A DNA stretch of 64,000 nucleotides, taken from assembly GCF_009914755.1 (NCBI RefSeq), contig NC_060947.1, one strand, 5' to 3'. Shown one piece after another: positions 47,453 through 62,410 of the stretch; the first letter of the stretch is position 1, and each line of letters begins with the position of its first letter. The stretch is from the human T2T-CHM13v2.0 reference genome, Homo sapiens. The notes below the pieces were generated by a model that saw only the letters and a list, made by a program, of their open reading frames with translations, was not told the origin of the DNA and ran no database searches. The position numbers and the translations under genes are program-made.

Positions 47453-47679
47453 AACATTATTAGTCATCTGGCAACTTGATTATTCTGAATGTTTGTACAG
47501 CTATTTGTTCCCGATGATGGCAGTATTCTTGGTGTCCCATAGAGAGAATATGGTAGGCAGCCAGTGTGGGTCTTGTAGCCAGCCTCGGGTTACACAGCAC
47601 TGACTGGCCCCTTACAGCATAAGGCAGGCTAGACTTTTGCCAGTCTGTCATGAGGTTGCATTTGGAACATTATAGACAG

Positions 47680-48390
47680 GTTCCAACCTCCATCATCTCT
47701 TAACTCGATTACTACAATATCACTGGTCTCTTGCTTCTCTATATAATATATTTTCAATACTGTTGCCAAAAGGATCTTCCTAAAATCTGTCAGATCATGC
47801 CATCTCTCTGCTCCAAGCCCCTAATCATGCCTATCCTATTAAAGCACAGAGCCTATATGTAAGTGGCCTATGAAGTCCCACATGGTCTGTACCATTCCAC
47901 CTCTCTGACTTCATATCCTATTTCTCTTCTTCGTGATTACTTAAATCCAGCCACCCTGGCCTTCATATTGTGTCTCAAATATGTCAGTTACACTCATGTC
48001 TCTGGGCCTTTGAATCTTCTCTCCCTTCTGTCTGAAATTTTCTTTCATCAAATAACCCTATGACTTAATCCTTCTCTTCCTTCAGGCCTTTCTGCTCAAA
48101 TGTTACCTTCTCAGTGAGGTCTTACCTAACCACAGAAATGAAAATTACAACTCCTTTTCCTTTGTTAGAATGCCTTAGCACTCCCTCTCATTTTATATTT
48201 TCTCTGTAGCACTTATCACCTTATCATCAATGTACTTATTGCTTTGCCCTCTCCCCCACAACTAAAACAGGAGATCTGAGAGGAAAGCAGAGACTCTCTG
48301 GATCAGTGCTTACTGTATCCCAGTACTAATACGATGCTGGTACATAATGAACATTCAACAGATATATATTTAGTGAATGAATGGATAAAT
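47680..48390 (+). mobile_element. L2a 3' region
   Basis: ctcaaatgttaccttctcagtgagg; ends tgaatgaatg. Confidence 0.82.
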
Positions 48391-49364
48391 ATATAAATAA
48401 ATTAATTGAACAAACATTTTCAGGGTGCCTATTACTCATCTGGTGCTGAGCTAGGCACTAATTACAAGAGGTGTAGGGTAGGTAGATTTCTCCCCAGCAA
48501 ACAAGGGATGGTGAAGTGATAGGGATGTTGAAGAAACCTAGGGTAAGAAGCAACCTTAGATGTTCTTATCTCTGGGCTAGGCTGGGCTAGTCAAGAAGAC
48601 CCACTATCTGCAGCCTTTAATTGTACGTGCTCTCTTCTGATGATCCTCTCTGGACAGATACTCCTCATGTGTTTTCTTGTAAAAAGGGTCGGAGAACTTC
48701 AATCCACTGGCATTTCTCCAGGAGTTCTGCCTTTCAACATCCTGCATCAAGAGCATAAAAATGAGAAATAAGTTCAATATTAAATAAGGGGTAATGTTTT
48801 TAAACAGAAATAAAGCATTATAGGTTTTTTTTAAACTAAATTTGCATGGAAATGACTAAAAACCATTGCTACAAAATTGAGGCTACTACTGATGCCATGT
48901 AGTCCACAAAGCAGTAGTGACTCCCTGCAATGGCAAGTCACTACGGACTCAATGCCTGAGGCCACAGGTTGGCACAAATTACGTATTAAGTTCAATAATA
49001 AAATTATAAACTGCATTAATAACAATAAGATACGAACACCAGCCTTCCTTCAGTATGTGCAAAATCGAAATGGGCTATTTACTGGCGTATGCATTGAAAT
49101 GTGTAGCCAGAAGAAGATACCGTTATCAAGAAGTTCTGTGAGAGCTCAGAAGTATGACTTGATGAATTGCAAATGTCACAGCTGAATATTAAGACTGGAG
49201 CTTTTTAGGGCATCACACTGTGCCTGGAACCTTGTAGATGTTCTAGCAATTGACTAGGATTTAACAGGGACAGGTTTGCAAATGGCCCCATGATGCCAAG
49301 TCTCAATGCCAGAGGTGTTATTCAATGAGAGATTGCAAAGGACTCCAGGACTTATTTATTCTCT

Positions 49365-50470
49365 CTACATTTATTCAATCTAAAATTAGTTATTGAAGGT
49401 CTCTATATGTTAGGCAGTGTTTCAGGCATTGGTGAATACAGTAACAAACAAGACATAAATATCTCTTTCCTCAGGGAGCTTGCATTCCGGTGGTGGGAGA
49501 CAAACAATAAACATATAAGTCAAATATATAGTACAGTAGATGGTGATGCATGCTATGGAAAAAAATAAAACAGGGAAGGGAGACAGTTAGGATGATAATA
49601 GGAAACCTTATAGACCAAATGACATTTAAGCAGAGATCTGTAAAGGGGTTATAGAATAAGTTACATTGTATTTGGGAGGAAAGTATTCCAGGTAAGAGAA
49701 ACAAATGCAAAGGTCCTGAGCAGGAATTTGTCTAGTGTTTTTGAGAACCAACAACAAGCCAATGTGGCTGAAGCACAGTGAGTTCAGTGGAGAATTTTCT
49801 GAAAGAAAGTCAAGATGCCAAATCTGTGGGGCCATGTAGGATTTTAGTTTTTGCTCTGGATGAGAGTAGAAGCCATTGAAGGGGTTTGAACAGTACAGTA
49901 ACATAATTTGTCTTATATTTTCATAGGACCACTCTGGCTATTGAAAAGAGAATAGTTTGGGATGGTGGCAAGATGAGAAGTTGGGAGAGCATTTGAGAAG
50001 CTATCATGACAATCCAGATGAAAGATAATGGGCAACATACACCAAAAAGTTGGTAGCAAGTGGAGGTTGAATAGGTTCATGGCAGTGAAGGTGATGAAAA
50101 GTAGGCATATTCTGGGTATGCTTTGAAGAGAGAAACCAAGAGAATTTACTGATGGAATGAATGTGGAATGTGTTGGAAAGAAAGGAGTCAAAGAGGACTC
50201 CAAGGATTTGTTGGACAAGATAACTGGAAGGATGGAGTTGTCATTACGAAAAATGGAGAAAACAATAGAAAATTAGGTTGGGGGTGGTGGTAATAAGAGG
50301 TGAGGCTTGGGACTAGTAAAGTCAGTCAGGTAGTCAGATATGGGAGTCTGGAGGTCGCACGGAGATCATGGCCTAAACTATAAAGGTGATAGCTATCTGA
50401 TTAAATTTTTATAGCCATGGGACTGGAGGAGTTTACCTGAGGAGTAAGTGGAGGTGGAGAAGTAAAGTAC
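49365..50470 (-). mobile_element. L2a (about 1.1 kb)
   Basis: Antisense L2 terminus and body (aaggagtcaaagaggactccaagg, actggaaggatggagttgtcatt). Confidence 0.85.
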
Positions 50471-50568
50471 ATGGCTAGAGATTTAGATTGCTCAAATGTT
50501 AAATGAATTGAAGAACACATTGAAGTGGGGTTTGTGAATTTCTTTTACTAAAAGGAACACAAAATACT

Positions 50569-50675
50569 TGCTATGGTCTGAATGTTAATAACCCTCCAAA
50601 ATTCATAAATTGAAACTTAACCCCCAATGTGATGGTATGAGGAAGTGGGGCTTTTGGGGGTGATTAGGTCATGAG
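50569..50675 (+). mobile_element. MLT1A/MST-type LTR 5' fragment
   Basis: tgctatggtctgaatgtt...gtgattaggtcatgag. Confidence 0.75.
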
Positions 50676-51161
50676 AAATCTGATTTCCAACTTTTTACTA
50701 ATTATTCATAGAACAACCAGGCCATCTCTAATTTTCTATCGAACAGATTGTTCAGCCTGGACCAGTATCTGAACCTAATCTAATCCCTCTGTACCCTAAT
50801 AGCTCTCAATCTTGGTATCTAAAGAGTATCAAAGCAGTGGTCTTTTGAGCCACACATTCTAACCTCTTACCTAAGTTTAAGTGCACAATTGATGAACCAT
50901 GTAATCGATATCATCCTGAAATGGAAATAAATCAAGTTTTGACAAGTTGTTAAAAGCAAAATCGCATATTTATGTTGTGCCCCTTGGTTATGAGACTGCA
51001 ATAATCAACAGTCAGATGTCTTTTCAGGATTTGGTAATATAAGTTGGGTTACTTCACTCTCCTCTGTTTAGTATCCCAGGCCTCTTAAGGCATTCATTCT
51101 GTGAGCCTACTGAACACCCATAGTGAATGCTAAACTAGGCTCTGAAGGACCATAAGACCTG

Positions 51162-51539
51162 TGATATGGTTTGGCTCTGTGTCCCCATCGAAATCTCATC
51201 TTGTAGCTCCCATAATTCCCGCGTGTTGTGGGAGGGACCTGTTGGGAGATGACTGAATTATGGGGGTGGGTCTTTCTTGTGCTGTTCTTGTGATAGTGAA
51301 TGGGTCTCAGGAGATCTGCTGGTTTGAAAAACAGGTGTTTCGCTGCACAAGCTCTTCTCTCTCATTGCCTGCTGCCATCCATGTAAGACGTGACTTGCTC
51401 TTCCTTGCCTCCCACCGTGATAGTGAGGCCTCCCCAGCCACATGGAGCTGTAAGTCTATTAAAAAGGGTCCATTAAAACCCGCTTTTTCTTCCCAGATTC
51501 GGGTATATCTTTATCAGCACATGAAGATGGACTAATGCA
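51162..51539 (+). mobile_element. THE1-type MaLR solo LTR
   Basis: tgatatggtttggctctgtgtcccc...ggactaatgca; perfect TSD acctg (51157-51161, 51540-51544). Confidence 0.93.
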
Positions 51540-51986
51540 ACCTGCCCTGTGGAAAAATACAATAAAGTTGAGGAGATGAAACATGAAGTGCTGTGAGAGA
51601 AGAAGCAACATAGCATATATAAAGACCTAATGTGACTAGGGAGCACTAGAGGAACAGAAGTAAGAATGGCTTCTCAGAGAAGCAAGTGAGGCTTAAGGGA
51701 ACATGGAGGAATATTAGGATTTAAATAGGAGGAATAATGAAGGGAACAAATTTTTGGCAGAGTGAACAGCAAAATCAAGGGCTTGAATATGGAAGTTAGA
51801 AGAATTGCATGAGATATTATTGCATGTAAAGCTACTAGTTGAGTATTTGACACAGTGCAGATGCAAAGTAAGAGCAAAATACATTTTATCAATCATGCTA
51901 AGTGACAGCAGGGCTCCAAAGGGAAGTGGAAGGCAGCATCAATTCATAAATGTAAGCTTAAGGAGAGAAAGAAGCCATACCTTTAC

Positions 51987-52225
51987 AGGGAGGCAATATG
52001 GTGTGATGGTTAAGGGTACAAGCTTTAGAGTCAGACAGAGCTGAGTTTCAAGGCTTGCTCCTAGGATTTACTAGATCTGTGGACTTGGTTGAGTTAGTTA
52101 GGGTCTCAATTTTCTCATATAAAATGGGGAAAATAACTGAACCCCTCTCAGAGTGGTTGTATGAATTAAATGAACTCATCCATGTGAAGAGCTTCATATG
52201 GTACCTCGCAAATAATAAACACACA
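51987..52225 (+). mobile_element. MIR SINE
   Basis: agggaggcaatatggtgtgatggttaag...agagtcagacag. Confidence 0.85.
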
Positions 52226-52242
52226 AAGATTGCGATTCTAGA

Positions 52243-52418
52243 TCAGGGGTATGCAAACTTTACCTTGGAAAGGTCCAGATAGTAAATAATTCGACATATG
52301 ATCTGTCACAACTGCTTAACTTTACCATTGCAGCATGAAAACAACCATGAAAAATATGTAAATGAATGGGCATGGCTGTTTTCCAATAAAACTTTATTCA
52401 CAGAAACAAGTGACAGAT
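52243..52418. mobile_element. MER58A-like hAT-Charlie MITE
   Basis: caggggtatgcaaact...gggcatggctgttttccaataaaactttatt. Confidence 0.8.
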
Positions 52419-52429
52419 GCCACTATTTA

Positions 52430-52735
52430 ATCAAAATATATAATGCAAACTACATATAAAATTGTAGATTTTCTGGTAGATAATTTAAAAATAAGTAAAA
52501 AGAAACAGATGAAATTAATTTTAATGGTGTATTTAACCCAATGTACCCCAATTACTATCATCTAATATGTAATCAATAGAAAAAATTATTAGTGATAGTT
52601 TTCCTTCTTTATATAGAGTATTTAAATCCAATATTATTTTATACTTAAAGCACATCTCAATTTAGACTAGCCCCATTTCAAGAGCTCAAGAGTGACATAT
52701 GGCCGGTGGCCACCATATTGGGCAGCATAGTTCTC
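52430..52735. mobile_element. MER33-like hAT-Charlie MITE
   Basis: gcacatctcaatttagactagccccatttcaagagctc...ccatattgggcagcatag. Confidence 0.8.
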
Positions 52736-53099
52736 AATATTGAACTAGGTTATCTAAGGAATTCTTTTCACTTCTAGTACTCTATTAATTTAAGCCTCAA
52801 AGAAAATAAATTATAGTTTGGGGTGTCATAAGTTCAAAATATTTAAAAGTGCTTGACACAATATCAATAAGACAAGAAGTAAGGTTTTGCATACCTCAGG
52901 GACCACAAATATAGCCCAATTTCCCATGCCCCTCTGACTTCTACTCCAAACTACATTCAGGATTGATTGATCACAATACTTTTTTTTTTAAGCTGATTCT
53001 AGTCCCAACCTCTGAATCCTTGATACAGAATTTCACACATCCACTACCAACGAATCCATGCAAGTAAGCAAAATGCTTTCTATGGGCACTTTCTCAAAG

Positions 53100-53300
53100 G
53101 CAAAAATATGAGCTTGGGAGTGAAAAGATTTGGGGTCAAGTTCTAGCTCTGGTATTCACTGACTCTATAATCTGTGAAAAATCACTAGCCCATTTTGGGC
53201 ATCAGTTTCCTTACCTGTCAAACATACATTAATAAAAATCCTTCCCCAAACTGACAGCATATTATGAGACACTACATTGAAAAGTGATATGTAGTTATAG
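53100..53300 (+). mobile_element. MIR SINE (decayed)
   Basis: tcaagttctagctctg...tcagtttccttacctgt. Confidence 0.65.
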
Positions 53301-53734
53301 AAGATTGTACATACGTGACATTCCCCACTCTGGAATTTCAACCTACACCTGTAACTAGTAGACATGGTGGTGCTTTTAAGAGATCAGCTAGATAAAACAT
53401 TAAAGCCACTTATGCAGGGGAAATTGACATTGTATGGGGTTGAGGGATCTATGGAAACCACAGAAATAGTGGAGAGTGAGTGAGAAAACCCCCAGTAATT
53501 TAAAGGAGGTCACAGCAAAAGCGCAGTTTACCAGGAGGAAGTACCTCAGCCATCTTCAATACCTAGTAAAGTGGGAGCCTGAGACCCTTCTTAAAGGCCC
53601 AAGAAAGTGAGTGCAGCATCTTGACATGTGGAAACCAGCACACATGTAAATACAGGCATAGTTCTCACAGTGGTGAAGTGCTCATGCCTTCAGGAGGTTT
53701 TGCCTAACTACCAAACACTAAAAGAACCCTGAAC

Positions 53735-53978
53735 TGAGGCTGCAGGATTGCTTGAGGTCAGGAGTTTGAGACCATTCTGGGAAATGTAGCAAGACTCCAT
53801 CTTAAAAAATTGTTTAAATTAGCTGGGTGTGGTAATGCTGCACACCTGTAGTCCTAGCTACTCAGGAGGCTGATGTGGGAGGATCGCTTGAGCCCAGGAG
53901 TTCAAGGCTGTAGTGAGCTATGATCATACCACTGCACTCCAGCTTGGGTGATTGAGCAAGACCCTGTCTCGAAAATAA
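53735..53978 (+). mobile_element. 5'-truncated AluJ-type element
   Basis: ggaggatcgcttgagcccaggagttcaaggctgtagtgagctatgatc. Confidence 0.9.
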
Positions 53979-54268
53979 GAAGATCAAAAATAACCTGGAT
54001 TGGTGGTATGAGCTTCTGCTTTCCCTAAATCACAGGCATTACACAATCCCTGTGATGTCAGTTGCAATTCTTGAGAGCCACATCCCAGACTCAGTGCATT
54101 TCAAGTTGGAAGAGCCCTTGTAGATCATCCTGGGATGTTTGCTGCCTTTGGAATACTGGTCTATGAGGTATTAGTAGCATTAAGATGTATATCATGGTCA
54201 TATACTTTAGTTAAAAAACACTAAAGGGTTGTGCTACTGCAGGATTTCTCAGAGCCTTTATAATGTGC

Positions 54269-54763
54269 TGCCATGGTTTGAATGTGCCCCCACAAAGTTC
54301 ATGTGTAGAGAAATTGGTCGTTAGCGCAGCACTGTTGGGAGGTGGGGCACTGCCCTCATGAATGGATTAATGCTGTTATCCTGGGAGTGGGTTTGTTATC
54401 ACGTGAGTGTGTTCATTATAAAAGGACAATTTTGGTCTTTATTTTGTCCCTTTATCTCACCCTCTTTTGCCTCTCTGCCTTCTAGCATAGAATGAGGAAG
54501 CAAGAAGGCTTTTGCTAGATGCCAGCCCCACAGGTTCTCAGGCCCTTGGCCTCATACTAAGAGTTACACCATCAGCTTTCCTAGTTCTGAGGCTTTTGGG
54601 CTTGGACTGAGCCATGTTAGCAGTAACCCCTGGCCTCCAATTTGCAAATGACCTGTTGTGGGACTTCCCAGCCTCCAGAACCATGAGCCAATTAAATTCC
54701 TGTTCATTATAAATTACCCAGCCTGTAGTATTTTGTTACAGCAACATAAAATGGACTAAGAGA
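54269..54763 (+). mobile_element. MST(C/D)-like LTR carrying an MLT2-like internal segment (about 54531-54677)
   Basis: MST-type termini tgccatggtttgaatgtg / ggactaagaga; internal gagttacaccatcagctttcctagttctgaggc...cttggactgagcc is MLT2-like. Confidence 0.8.
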
Positions 54764-55440
54764 TATGTCAGGGAATAGTGTGACATTCTAAGAAGGGCAT
54801 ATAGAATGGAGTGATTCCAGAACATATTTTACTATTGAACTGTTTGGTTGGGTTTTTTCCTCCCAAACTGGCTTTACGTCTTAAAATCTGCATGAAATAT
54901 ATATTTCCAGTAAGTTCATTTTACATCTGTAAGTCTAGAGAGGGAAAGAAGCTGGTCATTCAACTAGTCAATGGCAGAGCCAGGACTAAACCTTGTTTTC
55001 CTTGATTCCCAAATTAATGTTTTTCCACACACACCAGGTCAACCCTCTGTCAGTTTCCTCTGGATGCAAACTATAAACCAAACAAGAAGTATTCTTGATC
55101 AGAGAGTAGAAAAATGTCACAGGAAGCTTTCCTAGTTGTCATTACTCATAAATAAGGCTGTGATTATTCATGCCATCATTGGCTTATTATTGAACCTTCA
55201 GTTTACTCACAAGCTTTGGAATTAGTAATAAGCCATGAAAAATGACACTTGTCAATCAGCACAATCAAAGCAAATTACTTTTGGATGAGGTTTACCCCAA
55301 ACAAACAGCATTTTTTGTTTGTGTTTCTGATTTAAACAAAAGGTCTCTTTAGAGCAAGGGCTATTCATGGCTAACTTTCCATTGGCACTAAATTGTGCTT
55401 GTAGGAAAATGAAGATAGCAGGTTTAAACTCTCATTAAAG

Positions 55441-55635
55441 CAGTAGTTCCAGGACCAGCAGTATCAACACCAGTTAGGAGCTTACGAAAAATTCAAAATC
55501 TTCAGCTTCACTCCAGACCTACTGAATCAGAAACTCTGGGGTGAGGTCTGGCAATCTTTTTCTCTCTCTCTTTTTTTTTTTAACCAAAGCTTCTAGGTGA
55601 TTCTGAATGTACAGTCAAGTTTCAGAACCAATACA
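55441..55635. mobile_element. MER5A hAT-Charlie MITE
   Basis: ccagacctactgaatcagaaactctgggg diagnostic. Confidence 0.88.
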
Positions 55636-55697
55636 TTAGAGAAAATGAGTCTCTCAAAGGAAGAGAAAGAAAGGCGGTCCAATTTCAGTTGGAAAAC

Positions 55698-56107
55698 TGT
55701 ATTAGTTCATTTTTGCACTGCTATAAAGAAATAACTGAGACTGAGTAATTTATAAAGAAAAGAAGTTTAATGGACTCACATTTCTGCAGGCTGTACAAGA
55801 AGCATAGATGCTTCTGCTTCTGGGGAGGCCTCAGGAAACTTACAATCATGGTGAAAGGTGAAAGAGAAGCAGGCACGTCTTATGTGACCAGAGCAGGAGC
55901 AAGTTGGGGGAGGTGCTACACACTTTTAAACAATGAGATCTCACAAGAACTCACTATCATGAGAATAACACCTGAGGGATGGTGTTAAACCATTCATGGG
56001 GGTGGTTGCTCCCATGATTCAATCTCCTCCCACCAGGCCCACCTCCAACAGTTGGGGTTACAATTTGACATGAGATTTGGGCAGGGACACAGATTCAAAC
56101 CATATCA
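55698..56107 (-). mobile_element. MSTA-like MaLR solo LTR
   Basis: tgtattagtt...caaaccatatca; perfect TSD aaaac. Confidence 0.93.
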
Positions 56108-56257
56108 AAAACTCAGGCAAAAGACTCACCTTGTAACAGCATGAAGGTTTTTTTGTTGTTTGTTTGTTTGTTTTTCCCCCAATTTGGAGCTTAGGAAATA
56201 AGTGAAGATTAGGTAACACGCAAGAAAAGCATATAGAGCCGTTCAAGAAAAAGATAG

Positions 56258-58040
<1,783 letters not shown>

Positions 58041-58419
58041 ATAATATGTGCTCAGTAAACGGGAAAATGAATGATTATGATGAAAAAAAAATTTGAACAC
58101 AAATAAAAGGGAAAGATGCCTTACAATAGATTACCTTTCAAATCCTTTAAAAAAAAAACAGAAAAGAAAAAGGAAGGAATGAGAAAGGACTAAACATAGA
58201 AAAGATGAACAACCATGAGATGTCCCCCCACCCAAAAAAAAAAAAAAGTCCATTGGGCCATTTAGAAGATCCCTTAAGAATGGCAGAGTGTATGTTCTAA
58301 TTTTTTCTTGCTCGTTTTGGTTTTGTTTTCTAATTACCTGTTTCCACACTTTGTGTCTGTGGTTCTTAGAACACAGGGGGATCTAGGGAGATCATGGCAG
58401 CTCTGTGGTGGGAAGGCAG

Positions 58420-58740
58420 GGGGTCGAGACCTGTTCCAGTTCAGATCTACCATTTACCATTGGTATAATCCTGGGAAAGTCACTTAATCACTCTGTACCT
58501 GTTTCCTATTCTAAAAAATGGACATGATCATCTCTGTTCACTTTGAATGTTAATGCTAGGGCTAGAAAGAAGTTTTGAAATAATCCAGTTCAGTCTCTCA
58601 ATTTATTAAGTCTGAAGTGTGAGCCCAGAGAGGTGGTCTCCATTGGAGTTTTCTCTAAGGTTGTGGGGCTTATTAGTGGCCATGCCAGAGTAAAAGCCAG
58701 ATCTCCTGACTCCCAGGCCAGTGTTTTTTCTCTATGTAGG
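58420..58740. mobile_element. Two oppositely oriented MIR fragments
   Basis: gggaaagtcacttaatcactctgtacc (plus) and ccagatctcctgactcccaggccagtg (minus). Confidence 0.7.
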
Positions 58741-59132
58741 CACCCTCTTCCTATATTCACTACCTTTCCTGCTGGGGTGAGGATGTGAGGCTACTGTGCA
58801 ATGTGTATGTATGGGTGTAGTGGGGTGGTGCGAAGGAAAGAATGTGCTTAAGCACTGAAGTGGGAATTGGAGGAGGGTGCACTGCTACCCTTTCTGTCTT
58901 TTCTCTTGACTTTGGATGCAAATTGTTGGTGCTACGAAGCCTGAGTAATAGACAGTCAAGGAGCAAAGCATACGCTTCCAAGGCCTTTGCTTTATATCTG
59001 ACTTCTGTAGTTGTCCACTATGCATTAATTGCAGTATATACAAGGATAATCAGTTGAGACAGCCCCATCTACTCTCTGCTGTGAAGCCTGGGGTTCCCTG
59101 CCTACTAGAGAAAACCGAAGCCAAGAAAATCA

Positions 59133-59447
<315 letters not shown>

Positions 59448-61553
59448 CGGTACAAGACAAGGATGTCTTTGCTCACCACTCCTATTTAACATAGTATTGG
59501 AACTTCTGGCCAGGGAAATCAGGCAAGAGAAAGAAATAAAGGGTATTCAAATAGGAAGAGAGGAAGTCAAATTATCTCTTTTTGCAGACGACATGATTGT
59601 ATATTTAGAAAGCCCCGTTGTCTCAGCCCAAAAACTCCTTAAGCTGATAAGTAACTTCAGGAAAGTCTCAGGATACAAAATCAATGTGCAAAAATCACAA
59701 GCATTCCTATACACAAATAATAGACAAACAAAGAGCCAAATCATGAGTGAACTCCCATTCACAATTGCTACAAAGAGAATAAAATACCTAGGAATCCAAC
59801 TTACAAAGGATGTGAAGGACCTCTTCAAGGAGAACTACAAACCACAGCTCAAGGAAATAAGAGAGGACACAAACAAATGAAAAAACATTCCATGCTCATG
59901 GATAGGAAGAATCAATACCATGAAAATGGCCATACTGCCCAAAGTAATTTACAGATTCAATGCTGTTCCCATCAAGCTACCATTGGCTTTCTTCACAGAA
60001 TTGGAAAAAACTACTTGAAATTTCATATGCAACCAAAAAAGAGCCTGCATAGCCAAGGCAACCCTAAGCAAAAAGAACAAAGCTGGAGGCATCATGCAAC
60101 CTGACTTCAAACTATACTACAAGGCTACAGTAACCAAAACAACATGGTACTGGTACCAAAACAGATATATAGACCAATGGAACAGAATAGAGCCCTCAGA
60201 ATTAATACCATACATCTACAGCCATCTGATCTTTGACAAACCTGACAAAAACAAGCAATGGGAAAAGGATTCCCTATTTATTAAATGCTGTTGGGAAAAC
60301 TGGCTAGCCATATGCAGAAAACTGAAACTGGACCCCTTTCTTATACCTTATACAAAAATTAACTCAAGATGGATTAAAGATTTAAATGTAACACCTAAAA
60401 CCATAAAGACCCTAGAAGAAAACCTAGGCTTTACCATTCAGGACATAGGCATGGGCAAGGACTTCATGACTAAAACACCAAAAGCAATGACAGCAAAAGC
60501 CAAAATTGACAAATGGGATCTAATTAAACTAAAGAGCTTCTGCACAGCAAAAGAAACTACCATCAGAGTGAACAGGCAATGTGTAGAATGGGAGAAAATT
60601 TTTGCGATCTATCCATCTGACAAAGGGCTAATATCCAGAATCTACAAGGAGCTTAAACACATTTACAAGAAAAAAAAAACCCCATCAAAAAGTGGGCAAA
60701 GGATATGAACAGGCACTTTTCAAAAAAAACACATTTATGTGGCCAAGAAACATATGAAAAAAAGCTCATCATCACTGGTCATTAGAGAAATGCAAACCAA
60801 AACCACAATGAGATACCATCTCACGCCAGTTAGAATTATGATCATTAAAAGGTCAGGAAACAACAGATGCTGGAGAGGATGTGGACAAATAGGAACACTT
60901 TTACACTGTTGGTGGGAGTGTAAATTAGTTCAACCAATGTGGAAGACAGTGTGGCGATTCCTCAAGGATCTAGAACTAGAAAAATACCATTTGACCCAGC
61001 AATCCCGTTACTGGGTATATACCCAAAGGATTATAAATCATTCTACTATAAAGACACAGGTACACGTATGTTTATTGTGGCACCATTCACAATAGCAAAG
61101 AGTTGGAACCAACCCAAATGCCCATCAATGATAGACTGGATAAAGAAAATGTGGCACATACGCACCATGGAATACTATGCAGCCATATAGAAAAGGATGA
61201 GTTCATGTCCTTTGCAGGGACATGGATAAAGCTGGAAACCATCATTCTCAGCATGCTATCATAGGAACAGGAAACCAAACTCCGCATGTTCTCACTCATA
61301 AGTGGGAGTTGAACAATGAGAACATATGGGCACAGGGAGGGGAACATCACACACCGGGGCCTGTCAGGGGGTGGGGGGCAAGGGGAGGGATAGCATTAGG
61401 AGAAATACCTAATGTAGATGACAGGTTGATGGGTACAGCAAACCACCATGGCACATGTATACCTGTGTAACACACCAGCACGTTCTGCACATGTATTCCA
61501 GAACTTAAAGTATATTAATAATAATAAATCAGTTTTCCACAAAAAAAAGTAAA
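59448..61553 (+). mobile_element. 5'-truncated L1PA7/8-like element (about 2.1 kb) with disrupted ORF2
   Basis: [18 protein letters not shown]...[12 protein letters not shown] and [14 protein letters not shown]; 3' end cagaacttaaagtat. Confidence 0.97.
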
Positions 61554-61949
61554 AAGAAAATCAAAAACCCTGCCACCCACCTCAGTTGTGGCACCATCCT
61601 CTTAGGGAATTAATACATAATATTCAATATTGATTGCTAACACTTACTGAAACACTACATTGTGTCAAGCACTGTTCTAAGTGTCCCATGGGTACTGGTT
61701 TATCAGGTGTTAGCATATGCAGCATGAAAAGGAGGTGTAGATTCTATAATTTGGAGAAACAGGAATTATGTAACAATAATAGGGTTGCTTTACTGCAGGA
61801 CTTGCCAGAGCCTTTAGTCATACGCCTAGGTGCACTGTGACTCTCTAAGAAGGATATATAGTGTGCAGTGACTCCCAAACTTATTTTCCATTGAATTGTT
61901 TCTGTCATTTTGTTTTATTTTCCCCAAATCCAGCCACACCTACAAAAAT

Positions 61950-62410
61950 CTCATGGAATATACATTCTTATTTAATCCCCAAACAACTCATTGAGGTAGG
62001 AAAAATTGTTACTCTTACTTTACAGATGGGAAAACTGAGGCTTGGAAACGTTAAATGACTTGCCCAAATTCACAAAGTAAGAGGCAGAGCCATGATTGTA
62101 GCATAGCAGACTGGCCCCAGACTAGCTCCTGACCACTATGCCTACTGCTGCTCTGATCATAGTAATAGCTACATTTTTTATAGCATTTACTATGTGGCAG
62201 GTGCTATGTTGAGAATTATACATACATGATCTCATTCACCCTCTTAACAACCTGGGAGATGTGTGTGTGTTACTATAATCCCACTGAATATGAAGTCACT
62301 GATGCTAGAGAGGTTAAGTAGCCTGGTCACATTGCCTGACTGATAGTAGAATCAAGATTTGAACCCAGTTATGTCTATCTCCAAAGCCCATGCTCTTAAC
62401 CACTATGTGC
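61950..62410 (-). mobile_element. Two tandem MIR SINEs
   Basis: tttacagatgggaaaactgaggc...tgacttgccc and atagcatttactatgtggcagg...gatttgaaccc. Confidence 0.85.

Noticed and set aside
48877-49185. 102-aa ORF in unique sequence
   Set aside because: TTG start, no clear splice context and no recognisable similarity; the length is expected by chance.
56124-56200. Minus-strand donor AAG|GTGAGT with a possible 60-nt exon
   Set aside because: The acceptor is weak and the exon body is a simple (GTTT)n repeat.
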